A stretch of 64,000 bases of DNA from Vitrella brassicaformis CCMP3155 (taxonomy: Eukaryota; Protista; Chromerida): assembly GCA_001179505.1 (NCBI GenBank), contig CDMY01000280.1, positions 62,001 to 126,000 on the forward strand. Reading direction: 5' to 3'. The translations under genes were made by a program, and so were the position numbers. Positions 51,290-63,100 of this stretch are shown here, in pieces (position 1 is the first letter of the stretch; each line of letters starts with the position of its first letter). Below the pieces are notes generated by a model. The model did no database searches. It was not told where the DNA came from and worked only from the letters and a program-made list of their open reading frames with translations.

Positions 51290-53655
51290 TGCGCCTCTCC
51301 CTCCAATCTCGTGCCCACTCGAACGAACCGTGTAGATGTGTTGCAGCTCCGGCTGCATGAGGATCTGGACGAGGACGCCGCTCTCGAGCTCTGCCGGCAC
51401 TATCACATCGACGCCCTGCAGCTTTGCCCTCGTGGCCCTGAGCATCAATGTGGGCGATGACGCCAGCCGGCGGGACTGATAAGGGAGCCGCCAGGGGCGG
51501 GGGGCGGCCTTGGCGGGCAGGTACTGCACGCTCAACGCCTGGCTGAGGTGCGTCACCACTCTGATGGATCAAGGGAGAGAGGGAGGGATGGCGTGTGCCG
51601 GTGTGTGTGTGTGTGTCTTAGTGCCTCGGCATAGGTTTGTTTGTGTCCCTCATGTGTGACTCGAGCAGCAGCCGCATCCCCAGGATCTCAGCGTCACGCT
51701 GCATCAACACATCAACCAATCAGCCACACTCACATCCATCCGCAGAGCGAGAGGATGGCTTTGTGTCCTCATCTCAGCTCATCTGACCTCTTGCTGTATG
51801 TTGACGTCGCTCGTTGACCTGACAGAGCTGCCGTCGAGGTGCACGAGCAGCGCCACGTCGGCATCCTCAGCCTGCACAGACACAGTGGATGGATGGATGG
51901 ATGGATGGGCCATCTGATGGCTGGCCACCTTGACGCTTTTGAGTGTCTTGAGGGTGGAAGGGTCCTTGACGACCGTCCTGATGCGCAGGTTGCCGAAGCG
52001 GCGGCAGGTGGTGGGCCGGGGGAACGCCTTGACGTGCAGCTGACCCACACGCCTGAACACATAACACACACACACACACACACACAGGTGGGTATCTGTG
52101 TGTGTGTCGAGAGGTGAATTGGGTTAGGTCAGTTACTGGTTGAGGGGTGCTGGTGTGACCAGAGTGACGTCGAGCGGTTTGGTGAAAGTCGCCGCCCACT
52201 CGTCGAGATGACGCAACAGACTGGCCGTCTGCTCTGAGCTCCCACTGCAGCCAAACCGCCCACAGACACACACCCAACAGCACACACACAGTCTCTCTCT
52301 CTCTGTGTGTGTGTGTGTGTGGTGTATCTGTCGGCTTACGCGTCCATGGTCAGGTCGGCCTTTGCCGTGTTGAGGATGAGCACTTTTCGCGGATATGCCT
52401 TCTGCATTTCGGCCTGTGTGGCCCGCCGGCTCCTCCTGACGTCAGACACCTCATGTGTGCCGACGGCCGAGCGGGAGTAACGCAAATTGGTCTTCTGCAC
52501 ACACACACCACACACACAGATGGATGGATGGATGGACTCGTCTGTGTGTGTGTGTGTGTACGTCCGTGGCGACAAAGATGAGCTGGTCGTTGGGGCCGAT
52601 CATCACACTGTTGGGCGGCGACAGCATCAGCTCGCCGTCCTTGACCAGACCACACAATGACGCCTGCACACACACACACATCCAGGCAACACACACCAAC
52701 AGATATGGCCTCTTGTCAGTCATTCAAGCATCCCGTGTGTGTGTGTGTGTGTGTGGTTTACCCTTGGGAAGTGTTTCCACGCCTGTCCGAAGGTCTTGCC
52801 CTGCACGCCAGCGTACATTCTGGCCGCCTCGATGTAGAACTCACTGCCCTCCTGGTGGAACAACTCGGCGTACACCTGACAGACAGACAGACAGACAGCA
52901 GGTGGACACACACACACACACACACAGATGGATGGATGGATGGATGGATGTGTGTGTGTGTAGGGTCGGTGGCCGACCGTGCTGAGTCCGGGCTGCACGA
53001 CACACTGTGCGAGCAGCCGATCCACAAAGCCGTCGGTGTCGACCTCAGCCAGCGATGCGAAACGGCCGGCCGCAGACGCACCGGGGTGCTGCTCCACTGC
53101 TGCCTCAGGCACAGACACCTGCAGCACACCACAGCACAGCACAGCACACACCACGAGCACATAGATAGATGGACACACACAACCAACTCTCTCTCTCTCT
53201 CGGTGTGTCTGTCGACTGACCACGACGGTCGGCGGGTGTTTTGCTGCCCTTGACGACGGCAGGTCGTTGCTCTGTCTGTCCCGTACAGCGGCGAGTACGG
53301 CCGTCTGGCGGCGGACGGCAGACGCCCCACCAGTCTGCTCAGCCCCCTTGGCGGCCGCAGTGTCCCTCAGCACCAACACGTTCTTGGCCGCACCTGCTGC
53401 TGCCTTGTCCAAATCCTATCGACCCATTGCACACAACACACACAGACAGACAGACAGACAGAGAGGGATGTGTGTGTGTGGTGGTGTGTGTGGCTTGGTC
53501 ACTTACGGTGAGGCTGTTGGGGTCTCCCTCTCGTGTGACGATTCTGAGAGTGCTCTGCCGCTTGACGTCCTCGGCGATCTTCATGTCCATCGTCGGGCGA
53601 CTCTGATGGACGCACACACGCACCCACCCACACACACTCACACACGTGCCAATCT

Positions 53656-53686
<31 letters not shown>

Positions 53687-54781
53687 CGTGTCTGTCTGCC
53701 AATCGCTGTCCATCACCCACCCCACCCACTTGGTCAGAGAGTACCACAACGGTGCCGGGGTCCCTGCCCTCCTTCTTGGCGAGGTCCAGCTGCCGCAGCA
53801 CAGCCGTCGTGCGGTCGTTCCAGTTGAGCACCACAGTGTGGCCGCTCTCGTGAACCGGGAAGTTGCCGTAACGAAACGATGCTATCGCAGTCGACAGGGC
53901 CGTCGACAGCAGCCCCAACAGAGAGGCGAACGTCAGAATACCTGCGGGCAGGCGGGCACCAAGCCAAGCAATCAACCACACACAAAACCGCTCGGTGCGG
54001 TGGGTGTCCTTCCTGTGTGTGTGTGTGTGTGTGGTTCCCTACCGGTGATGTACAGTCCGTTGACGACCCCCCGGCCCCACCCAGTCTCGTTGAACAAGCT
54101 GCAGCCGGGCAGCCCATTGAGCCACAGGTAAGACTGGAAGAGCGACTGGCGCCACGACCGGCCCGTTGCTGTGCGGTAGAAGAACGCCCCGACGCCGATC
54201 GCCGTGGCCGCAAACCCCGCCAGAGCCAACATCTGGACGGGCAGGGCGGCCGCCAGCAGCAGCTGGAACCGATACACCACCGACCGCGACACGAAGGACG
54301 GGAAGAACCGCACAATCGCCAGCAGCACGGCCAGAGAGGCCGTGACAATGACCACATTGCGCTGGAGCTTCGGCATGCGGGCGATGAACTTCGGGACAGA
54401 GAGGGAGGGCAGGGGCGGCGGGGAGGGGAGGGGCGGCAGGGGCAGCCTCCGTATCGGCATCATCCGGCCCTTCCGCCTCTTCTGGCGCTCTCTCTCCTGG
54501 TCGGACTGCAGCACACTGACGGGCACGGCCACATCCGGCCAGCTACTCTGGTCGATGTATCTGTGCTGAATCTGCGGCGGGGCGGCGTGGGAGAACAGCA
54601 CGCCACACTTCCTTTGCTGACGGTGCTGCTCCAGCAGCTGAGTCGGCCGCCCCATCGACCGCCGCTCCAGCCACGGCAGCACAAACCCATCGCAGTGGGC
54701 CAACAGGGCGACCAGAGGGAAGGCGACGGACGCCAGGAAGGCCACCGGCCTCCTGCGTCGTGGCAGCACCGCGGTGCGCAT
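50907..54781 (-). CDS. CASTOR/POLLUX/DMI1-family cation channel (PEC-like) with N-terminal signal + transit-like leader
   Basis: Pore region SWRQSLFQSYLWL..GILTFASLLGLLS; RCK1 VHESGHTVVLNWNDRTTAVLRQL..RIVTREGDP; FVDRLLAQCVVQPGLSTV|YAELFHQEGSEFY; RCK2 RKVLILN..VIVPAELESGVLVQILMQPELQHIYT|ELLQPSGKEIC..GDSVIGVWRDGEPLQLNPPK..RCVLISDAF*. Confidence 0.88.
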
Positions 54782-55231
54782 GAGTGAGTGAGTCGGTCAG
54801 CCACCGGGGGATTGTCGAAAGGGGGACGCCGGATCTCGCTGCCTTGACATTAGATCTTGACAATGGCCGATGGGCAAACGTCCACAGCACCCAACACGGA
54901 GGCGTCTTCGGCTTCGCAATGCGAGCTTAGATGTGCGAAGCTCGCAAAGTTTGCACAGCTTCATTTTGGCACGAAAGGAGGTTGGAGAGGAGCGGTGAAG
55001 ATCACAGCATATCCGCTGACCAAGATCTAGCCCGCACTCGCCCGGTGAGTCGAGTCAGCTCACACGCAGGCCAGTGGAGGACAAGAGGTACACCGATGGA
55101 GGCAGGCGTGCAGACAGACAGACAGACGAACAGCCTTAGCACAGATGCACCAGAATAGGATGCGCCACTATGGGTATCGTCTCTTGCATCCTACCTTTTC
55201 TTGTGCGTTATCTGATCTGCGGTCAGGCATC

Positions 55232-58200
55232 ATGTCGGTGGCTTCGTCGTTCGACCCCGTGACCAACGACAATGTGGACGGGTGGGGTCCCTCATACACC
55301 GACGACATCTTCGACTCATGCCTCCACGAAACTGAAAAGTTCCCCTTCGAAGTCTCACTCAAAAGTAAGCAAAGCACACAGGCCGACTAGTTGGCCTGGT
55401 GGCGGGATGGATGGCTCACCAGCCACTGTCTGTCTATCTGTCTGTCTGTCTGTTGGGTGTGTGTGATTGGTTCGCTGGTTGAGCAGTTGACAAGTTGAGT
55501 CGCGTGTGTGACTTCACCCAGAGCGGCTACCGATGGCAGCAGGAGAGGGCCAGGCAGCAAGGTACACAGACAGACAGACATACTACGCCTGACACAAAGA
55601 GTTGCCAGAATCGCTCGACGCGCGACTGTGTTTGTGTTGTGTGTGGTGCATTGTGGTCAGCGATTCGCTTCGGTCGTGAGGGCGGAACACCCGAGAAGGA
55701 GAACGAAGAAGACGCGTTCCAGCTTGTGGTACGCACCGCACCCTGCCGAACGACTGACTGATGCAGACATACATCGCTCGCTCACTGATCAGCTCCCTGT
55801 GTGTGTCTGTGTGGCTGGTCACGTCACAGGACAGCCGCCCGGCGCCTAAGCCAAAGTATAGGACGTATCAGCAGCGACGGCCGTGGCAGTACCACGGCGG
55901 CAGGGGGGGCCGACAGCAACCGCAGGAGGACGAGCGAAAGTCAGTGAGAATGAGCATGTCGAACGAACGAAGGGGACAATCGATGCATTGATCGTGTGTG
56001 TGTTGTGTGTGGTTATGTTGTCAGTTTGCAGCAGGGTCGTTGGGGTCTGCAGCGTCAGAAGACGCAGCAGCGTCAGCAGCAGAAACAGCTGCAGAGGCAG
56101 CAGCAGCAGAGGCAGCAGAGGAGATGGGACAAGTGAGTCACGACCAACACAACAGACGGAGGGAGGGAGGGAGGGAGGGACGATTGGATTGGAGGGGGGA
56201 ATGCACATGAGTGTCTTGGTGTGTGTCGTCCGTCCATCAGTCGTTCCAGGATGTTCCGCGAGTGGTCGGTGCAGACAAAGCCCGAATGGCAAGTCGTCCA
56301 GGAGGTAATGATCAACACTCACAGACACACAGACAGACAGACAGACAGACAGAACCACCAACACACGTGTGTGCGCATCAGCATCAATCGTGTTGCATCT
56401 CTCTCTCTCTCTCTCTGTCCGTATGAGCAGATCCCCTTGGCGCAGCTGCCCAAGCAGAACCTCGATGCGTCAAAAGTCAAAGTCACCGACCTGTGAGCAG
56501 CAAACCACACACACACACACACACTCAAGCAATGACACCCATTCTTTACTGAGATTTCTATGCCTATTCTCTCTGTCCTTCAGCAAGTGGTGCGGCGATC
56601 TGCGTCACTACGACCGTTCGTACGACCGCATCACGGAGAAGACCAAGAGGAACCTGACGCGCTACACACAGCTGCAGTTCTACAACCCCTCCACCACATC
56701 GGACATCAACCTCAGGTCACACTCACACACTCGCCTCGCAACAAGATGAGATAGATGGTCATGTGCAGCTGGAGGGCCTGTGGTGTGTTGTGGTGTGTGC
56801 GTGTTGTGTTGTGCAGGGAGTTCTTGGCCGATGACAGTGTGCAAGTGATTGTCACAGGTGCGGCAGACAGCTAGGCAGACAGACAGACACGCAGGACACG
56901 CACAAGCCATCCCACACCTTCAGGTATATGTGGTGGTGTGGTTGTGTGGTTGTGTGGTGCAGATTCCATCCTGTCGATGATGATGGCTGCCTCACGGTCC
57001 GTCTACTCGTGGGACATCATCGTCATTGTGGTCAGTCAGCGAACCAGTCCTTCACACACACACACACACACGCCCCTCTACCCCACTCTCTCTCTGTGTG
57101 ATTGTGGTGTGCAGGCTGAGGGCAAGATAGTGCTGGACAAGCGCGAGGACGCCCCCGACCTGCTCACAGTCAATGAAAACGCACAGGAACCACCCGCACA
57201 AGACGCCAAGGTGAGTGGAGGCAAGTGGTGGGTGCGGTGCCTCCAGTCGGTGGCAGCTTTTTCCCTTGTTGTTGTGTGTGTTGCGATTGTCAGCCTGAGT
57301 TTAATCAGCCGCAGCGCCTGGCCTTTGAAGCGTCGCTCATCAACCAGAACTTCTCGCAACAGGTCAGTCGATGCGGTCGCATCGGCCTGACCATTTGCCT
57401 TTAGCTGTCTTGTGTTGTGTTGTGTTGTGTTGTGTGTACTGTGTGTAGGTGCTGGACAAGACGTCGCCCCCGGTCGATCTCAAGGAGAAGAACCCATTCG
57501 CACAAGGCATGCTCCCACACTCGCCCAGTGACCCACCCTCACCCCTCCCTCGATCCCTCTCTGTGTCGGTCTCTCTCAGACGACAGCCAGGCAGCGTCGT
57601 GTGCGTTCCGGTACCGCAAGTTCACCGTCCCAGGAAACGACAAGGCACCCAATGAAGCGGTCGGTCCCCACTCACACCACACACATCACAAAAGCAAGAC
57701 AGCCGCACTCTCACACTGTGTGTGTGTCCATGTGGGTATTGGTCAGGGCAAGAAGGATCTGACATTGGTTGTGCGTGCGACGGTGGACGCCAAGATGCCC
57801 ACCGAGGCGGGCGATTCCTACTGTGTCATCAAGGCACTCAACGAATACGACCCAAAGGCAAGCCGCCCAGGCAGTGTCAAATGACTGACCCCGCAAACGC
57901 GTCATGAGTGCCCGTTTGAGCAGGTGGGATTGAGTTGGCGCAAGTCTCTGGACTCACAGCGGGGCGCCGTGCTCGCGGACGGTAAGAAAAAACCGATCAC
58001 TCCCACACACACAGAGGGCATCACATGTGTGTGTGTGTGTTGGTTGGTTGGTTGTTCGTCCATCCATGTATCAGAGATCCGCAACAACGCCAACAAGCTG
58101 GGCCGTTGGGTGGCGCAGGCCAACATTGCCGGGGCTGACACTCTCAAGCTCGGATTCGTCACGCGAACCAACCCAAAGTAACAGACGGCTCACACGCACG

Positions 58201-58768
58201 GACACACGAATGCACCCCTGTGTGTCTTTCTCTCTGTGTCTGTAGGGATCCGACGTCTCACCAGGTGTTGAATTGCCAGACGTACCTCACCAACCAGTTC
58301 GCATCGCAAATCGGACTCACCGAAAACAACGCGTAGGCCAACAGAATCGCTCTCTCTACATGTGTGTGTGGATGTCTCTCTCTCTCTCTCTCTCTCAGAT
58401 GGGGCGTGGTTCGTTCGATCTTGGATTTGTGCGCATCCCAGGAGGACGGCAAGTACCTCCTGCTCAAGGACCCCAACAAGCCCATCATCAGGCTCTACCA
58501 GGTACGCATTCCGGACCCCACACACAGACACGGGGGCCTGGCCTGCACTCACCACATGTGCGTGTGTGTGTGTTTCGATCGCATGATCCACCAACAGATA
58601 GCGTGGGAGGACTTTGCTGCCGACGATGAGGACGAGGAGGACGTCCGCCAGCCAGCGCCACCAGCTGACAAGGACAAGACACAGGTCAGTCGGTCACGCG
58701 CTCATTGCTCCACCATTCCCCTCTGCCATGCGTCTTGTTTCGGTGTGTATCAGGCTGGTGCCAAGTGA
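55232..58768 (+). CDS. EIF3D: Eukaryotic translation initiation factor 3 subunit D
   Basis: NDNVDGWGP; [10 protein letters not shown]; YDRSYDRI; [10 protein letters not shown]; [12 protein letters not shown]; FRYRKF; ALNEYDPK|[18 protein letters not shown]|[31 protein letters not shown]; [31 protein letters not shown]. Confidence 0.96.
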
Positions 58769-59218
58769 GCGATGGACTGGTCGGCCGAGATCACGCGTGC
58801 GTGCAGCCAGCCGTGCCAGCCTGCTGTATCGCCGCCACACTGTTCGTGCAGCTAGCTTGTTCAGGTGTGTGTCTCGTGCGAGCGACTGAGCCCAGATTTT
58901 TGAAGGTCTGTGCATTGCATGCGATTCGTGTCAATCGGGTGGAATGCAGTGGTGCGGTCACATATCTGACCGTCGGGTATGCAGCAATGGCTCGGCTGCA
59001 CTCCTTTGTGTGTGTGTGTGTGTGTGTGTGTGACGAAGGGCAACGTGAGGTTTCAAGAGTGAACTGCCATCTTTCTGAATCCCAGACCGAATATGCCCTT
59101 TGAGTGCCGAATACAAGCATCACCGTCTCAGTAGCCTAGTCAACTCATGTCACTGCACCCCACTGGACTGCACTCCACTGGACTGATGCAGGGAGGAAAG
59201 AGATCGTGGAAAGAGATT

Positions 59219-59720
59219 ATGGAGGCAGAGACAGGGTGTTTCAGGGTTGTTCGCCGCCCCGCCTCCCGGCCGTCCGCTGCTGGCCGCCGCCCGCCTTGCG
59301 CTTCTTTCCTTCTTCTGCTGCTGTTGGTTGTTGCTGAGGCTGTGGGGCGGGGGGCTGGGCACCAGCAGCCGCGATGGCTGCACTACACGCAGAAGTTGAT
59401 TGATTCTACGACCTTCCAGGGGCCCACCTATCTACACGTACAGATAGGTTCTTCTGTACAGCCATCCATCTATCTGTACGTGTCTCACATCTCACATCCG
59501 TCTTTCAAGAAACTGAGTTACTCTCCCCGACTGAACCCACCCCCTCCCCCTCCCCGACTCCTATTGGCGACTCGGCGCTTCTTGCGCACCTCCCCGCCCT
59601 GCTGTGCCCCTCCGGCCGTCCAGGGCTGCTGCACGCCACGTCCTGCTGTTGTATGCTGTTGCTGGTTGTTCTTCTGCTGGCTGTTCTACTGTTGGTTGTT
59701 GCGCTGTGGAGGTCGTAAGA
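59219..59720 (+). CDS. Possible small signal-peptide/TM-containing ORF upstream of the plus-strand ankyrin gene
   Basis: MEAETG..ASFLLLLLLVVAEAVG.. and a second hydrophobic stretch CCCMLLLVVLLLAVLLLVVALWRS*. Exon linkage not established. Confidence 0.2.
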
Positions 59721-60122
59721 AAGGCAGACATTGGGCAGACAGAGACACGATGTACATCGAGTGATCGAGTTCGGTGACATCGTGCAGCATCAAAGTAGCC
59801 CGGGGCCCGCTGCTGGTAATTTGCACACACACACACACCCCACTGTGGAAGGCGACTGGCATACGTGCGCCTTTCTACCGGAAACACAAATGACCCAGCG
59901 ATCACCCTACCAGCGATGGGAGCGCTGCCAGCGAGGGGAGGCAATACTTGGACAGTGGCTGGACATATGGACATGAGAGTGTGGTCATTTGAAAGCCCTT
60001 GCTCTTGCGGTCATTTTGGCCCATTTCCTCTCCCTTCCCCGCAGATCCGCGAGCTCAGCCTTTTTGAGGACCGTGGCAGCACGGCGCAAACCAATAGGCA
60101 AAAACCACTGTAGAAGAGGAGA

Positions 60123-63100
60123 ATGGCTGGCGGACAGTCCTCCGTGTCGCAGGCTTCGTCCAGCCAAGGTCCCAGACGACTACCACTGCAAGTGTTCCTC
60201 CGAGAAAACATGATGCTCATCCTTCTGGGCGCCTTCGCAGCACGTAAGCAACAGCAGGCCTCTTACCATCTCTCACGTCATCATTATGTATCTTGCTCTC
60301 TCTCTGCCCCATTGCTTATGTGCAGTGACTGACTGGTTCTCCTGGTGGGAGATGAACATCGACGAGCCGTCCCAATATACCGTTCCCCTCCTGTGCAAGC
60401 GACTCCTTCTCGCATCTGCCTCTGTCTCTACGGCTCTGCTCGTCCTCAAATGGTGCCTGGAGTACGTCCAAATGAATGCCACACTGGTACGCAAAGGAGA
60501 CGTCTTCACGTGAGCAGTTCGCTGACGACTTGTGCATTGCGGTTGCTCAGGTGCAGCGCAAAAAGGGACAATCGGGCGACATCGAGTTGAGTGGACGCTC
60601 CCGTCTCATCGACTCGGGCGTGGACTCTCAGGCAGCGACCCCGCAAGGGCCGTCTCCCACGGCACCCATCATCGCTCGCTTCCACCGGCCCGACCCTCCT
60701 CGGTGGCTCATCAGGGTGATCACGGTGCTGAGCGGCATCTCTGTCCTCAACGACAGCATCGACTTCATCAACGTCGTGATCATTCTTTGCGCCATCGGCA
60801 ACCCCCGAAGCCACGCGATGGGAATACTCATCAGCAATCTCTCCTTGAATCTGCTGAACGCCATCGCCTCAGCCTACAAGGCAATGGGCTTCGAAGCCTC
60901 GCGAGAGCGCATGCAACAGCTAGCCATAGCGCAAAGACTAGAAGCTCCCGTCGTCCTCTTTGCGGCCTTGGGTGTGATCGGTGCTCTTTGCGCTTATTGG
61001 GGGTGGATCACTTGGTGGATAAGTTGGATTGGGGGGTTCTTATGGTGGCTTGCCTTGGCTTTGATGCTGGTGATATCAATGTGTGAGACGATCGCAACCT
61101 GCTCGAGAGAGTTTCTTTCAGATGTTCTTCTCTCCGACTACATCCGATTGGCACTCTTGCACGTGCTGATCGCGGAGCTTGTCTATACAACGAGCACCTG
61201 GATTACATTCTTCACGATTGCGATCTTCAGCGAGAGAGTCCCGACATGGCTTTGGCACCTCTACTTTCTCATCCCCGCTACAGAAACCCTCATCCTTTAC
61301 CAATCTCTAATCGCAACACTCGAGCAGAAAATTGACGCCAGAGCCCACGGCCATTCGACCAACGCACTCCGTCTTTGCACCATGATACTGGATGGCCTTG
61401 TGGGCCTGATATGCAATGCCCTCTTCCTCTGCTATCCCACTTACCAGCTGCAGCTGCTCCCAATAGCCAACATCATTCTGACGGTGGCAGTCGTCAGTTG
61501 TCAGCTGATTGCAGACTTAACGAGACTTCATCACGCCGAGCTCATCGACCGCATCGATCAGATCCGAAAGGGAGACACTGTGTTAGTGGACATAAAAGGG
61601 CTTCTCGACGGTGGAGCAGATCCAAACATGGCATGCGGCGAGCCACTCTATCGAGCAGTGGCGGTCGAGACACAGACCGACAGCGACCGGCCCTTGGTGA
61701 GGGATGCTGTCGCTGCGGCCGCTCGGATATTCAAGAGTGTGGAGCTGCTGTTGGAAGCCGGGGCAGATCCCAATCTTGGCACACGTCGCCTGGCCGGTGG
61801 CCTAGTCGTGGCGCCTTTAGACGAAGTGGTGAGTGGGGGGATAAGCATGAAGAGATGAATGCCATCGAGACTAACACACATGGCCTGACTGAGTGCCATG
61901 TTTGTGCAGGTAATACAGGCGGAGCTGAAGGATGTCGCCATCCTCCTCAAAGCCAATGGGGCTCGGCATTCGAAACACTTCTATAAATACGGCGGACACA
62001 CAAATCAGCCACGCTACGCCGCCATTTTGATGCGATCCAATGCCTTGGATCGCAAGTTAAATGCTTGGCGACATGAACGTGCATGTGTGCAAGAGATTCA
62101 GATGATTGAAGCCGGTTCAATGTAACATGGGTCTGATGTCCGTGTCTGCAGCAGGAAGGAGAGCCTGAAAAAAAGCTACTGGATGAAGAGAAAGCTTTGG
62201 AAGCCAATTTGAAGACCATCGCTCGCGCTGTGCGCGCAGAGACAGCCGATGGACAAGCTTTCGTGCCGCAGGCTTTGTCCAGTGACGGGCCTAGAAGGGT
62301 GTCATGGCAAGTCCTCCTCCGAGAAAACATAATGCTCATCCTTCTGGGCGCCTTCGCGGCACGTAAGCAACAGCAGGCCTCTTACCATCTCTCACGCCAT
62401 CATGATGCATCCCTCTCTCTGTCCCCATTGCAATGTGCAGTGACCGACTGGTTCTCCTTCTGGGAGATGATCATCGACGAGCCGTCCCAATACACCATTC
62501 CCCTTCTGTGCAAGCGGCTCCTTCTCGCATCTGCCTCTGTCTCTACTGCTCTGCTCGTCCTCAAATGGTGCCTGGAGTACGTCCAAATGAATGCCACACT
62601 GGTACGCAGAGGAGACGTCTTCAGGTGAGCACTTTGCTGACGACTTGTGCATTGCGGTTGCTCAGGTGCAGCGCAAAAAGGGACAATCGGGCGACATCGA
62701 ATTAGGCGAACGCTCCCGTCTCATCGACTCGGGCGTCGACTCTCAGGCAGCGACCCCGCGAGGGCCGTCTGCCACGGCACCCATCATCGCTCGCTTCCAC
62801 CGGCCCGACCCGCCTCGATGGCTGGTCAGGATGATCACGGTGCTGAGCGGCATCTCTGTCCTCAACGACATCATCGACTTCATCAACGTCGTGATCATTC
62901 TTTGCGCCATCGGCAACCCCCGAAGCCACGCGATGGGAATACTCATCAGCAATCTCTCCTTGAATCTGCTGAATGCCATCGCCTCAGTCTATAAGGCCAT
63001 GCGCTTCGAAGCCTCGCGAGAGCGCATGCAACAGCTAGCCATAGCGCGAAGACCAGAGGATCCGGGAGTATTGGGAGCTGCCGTCGTCCTCTTTGCGGTC

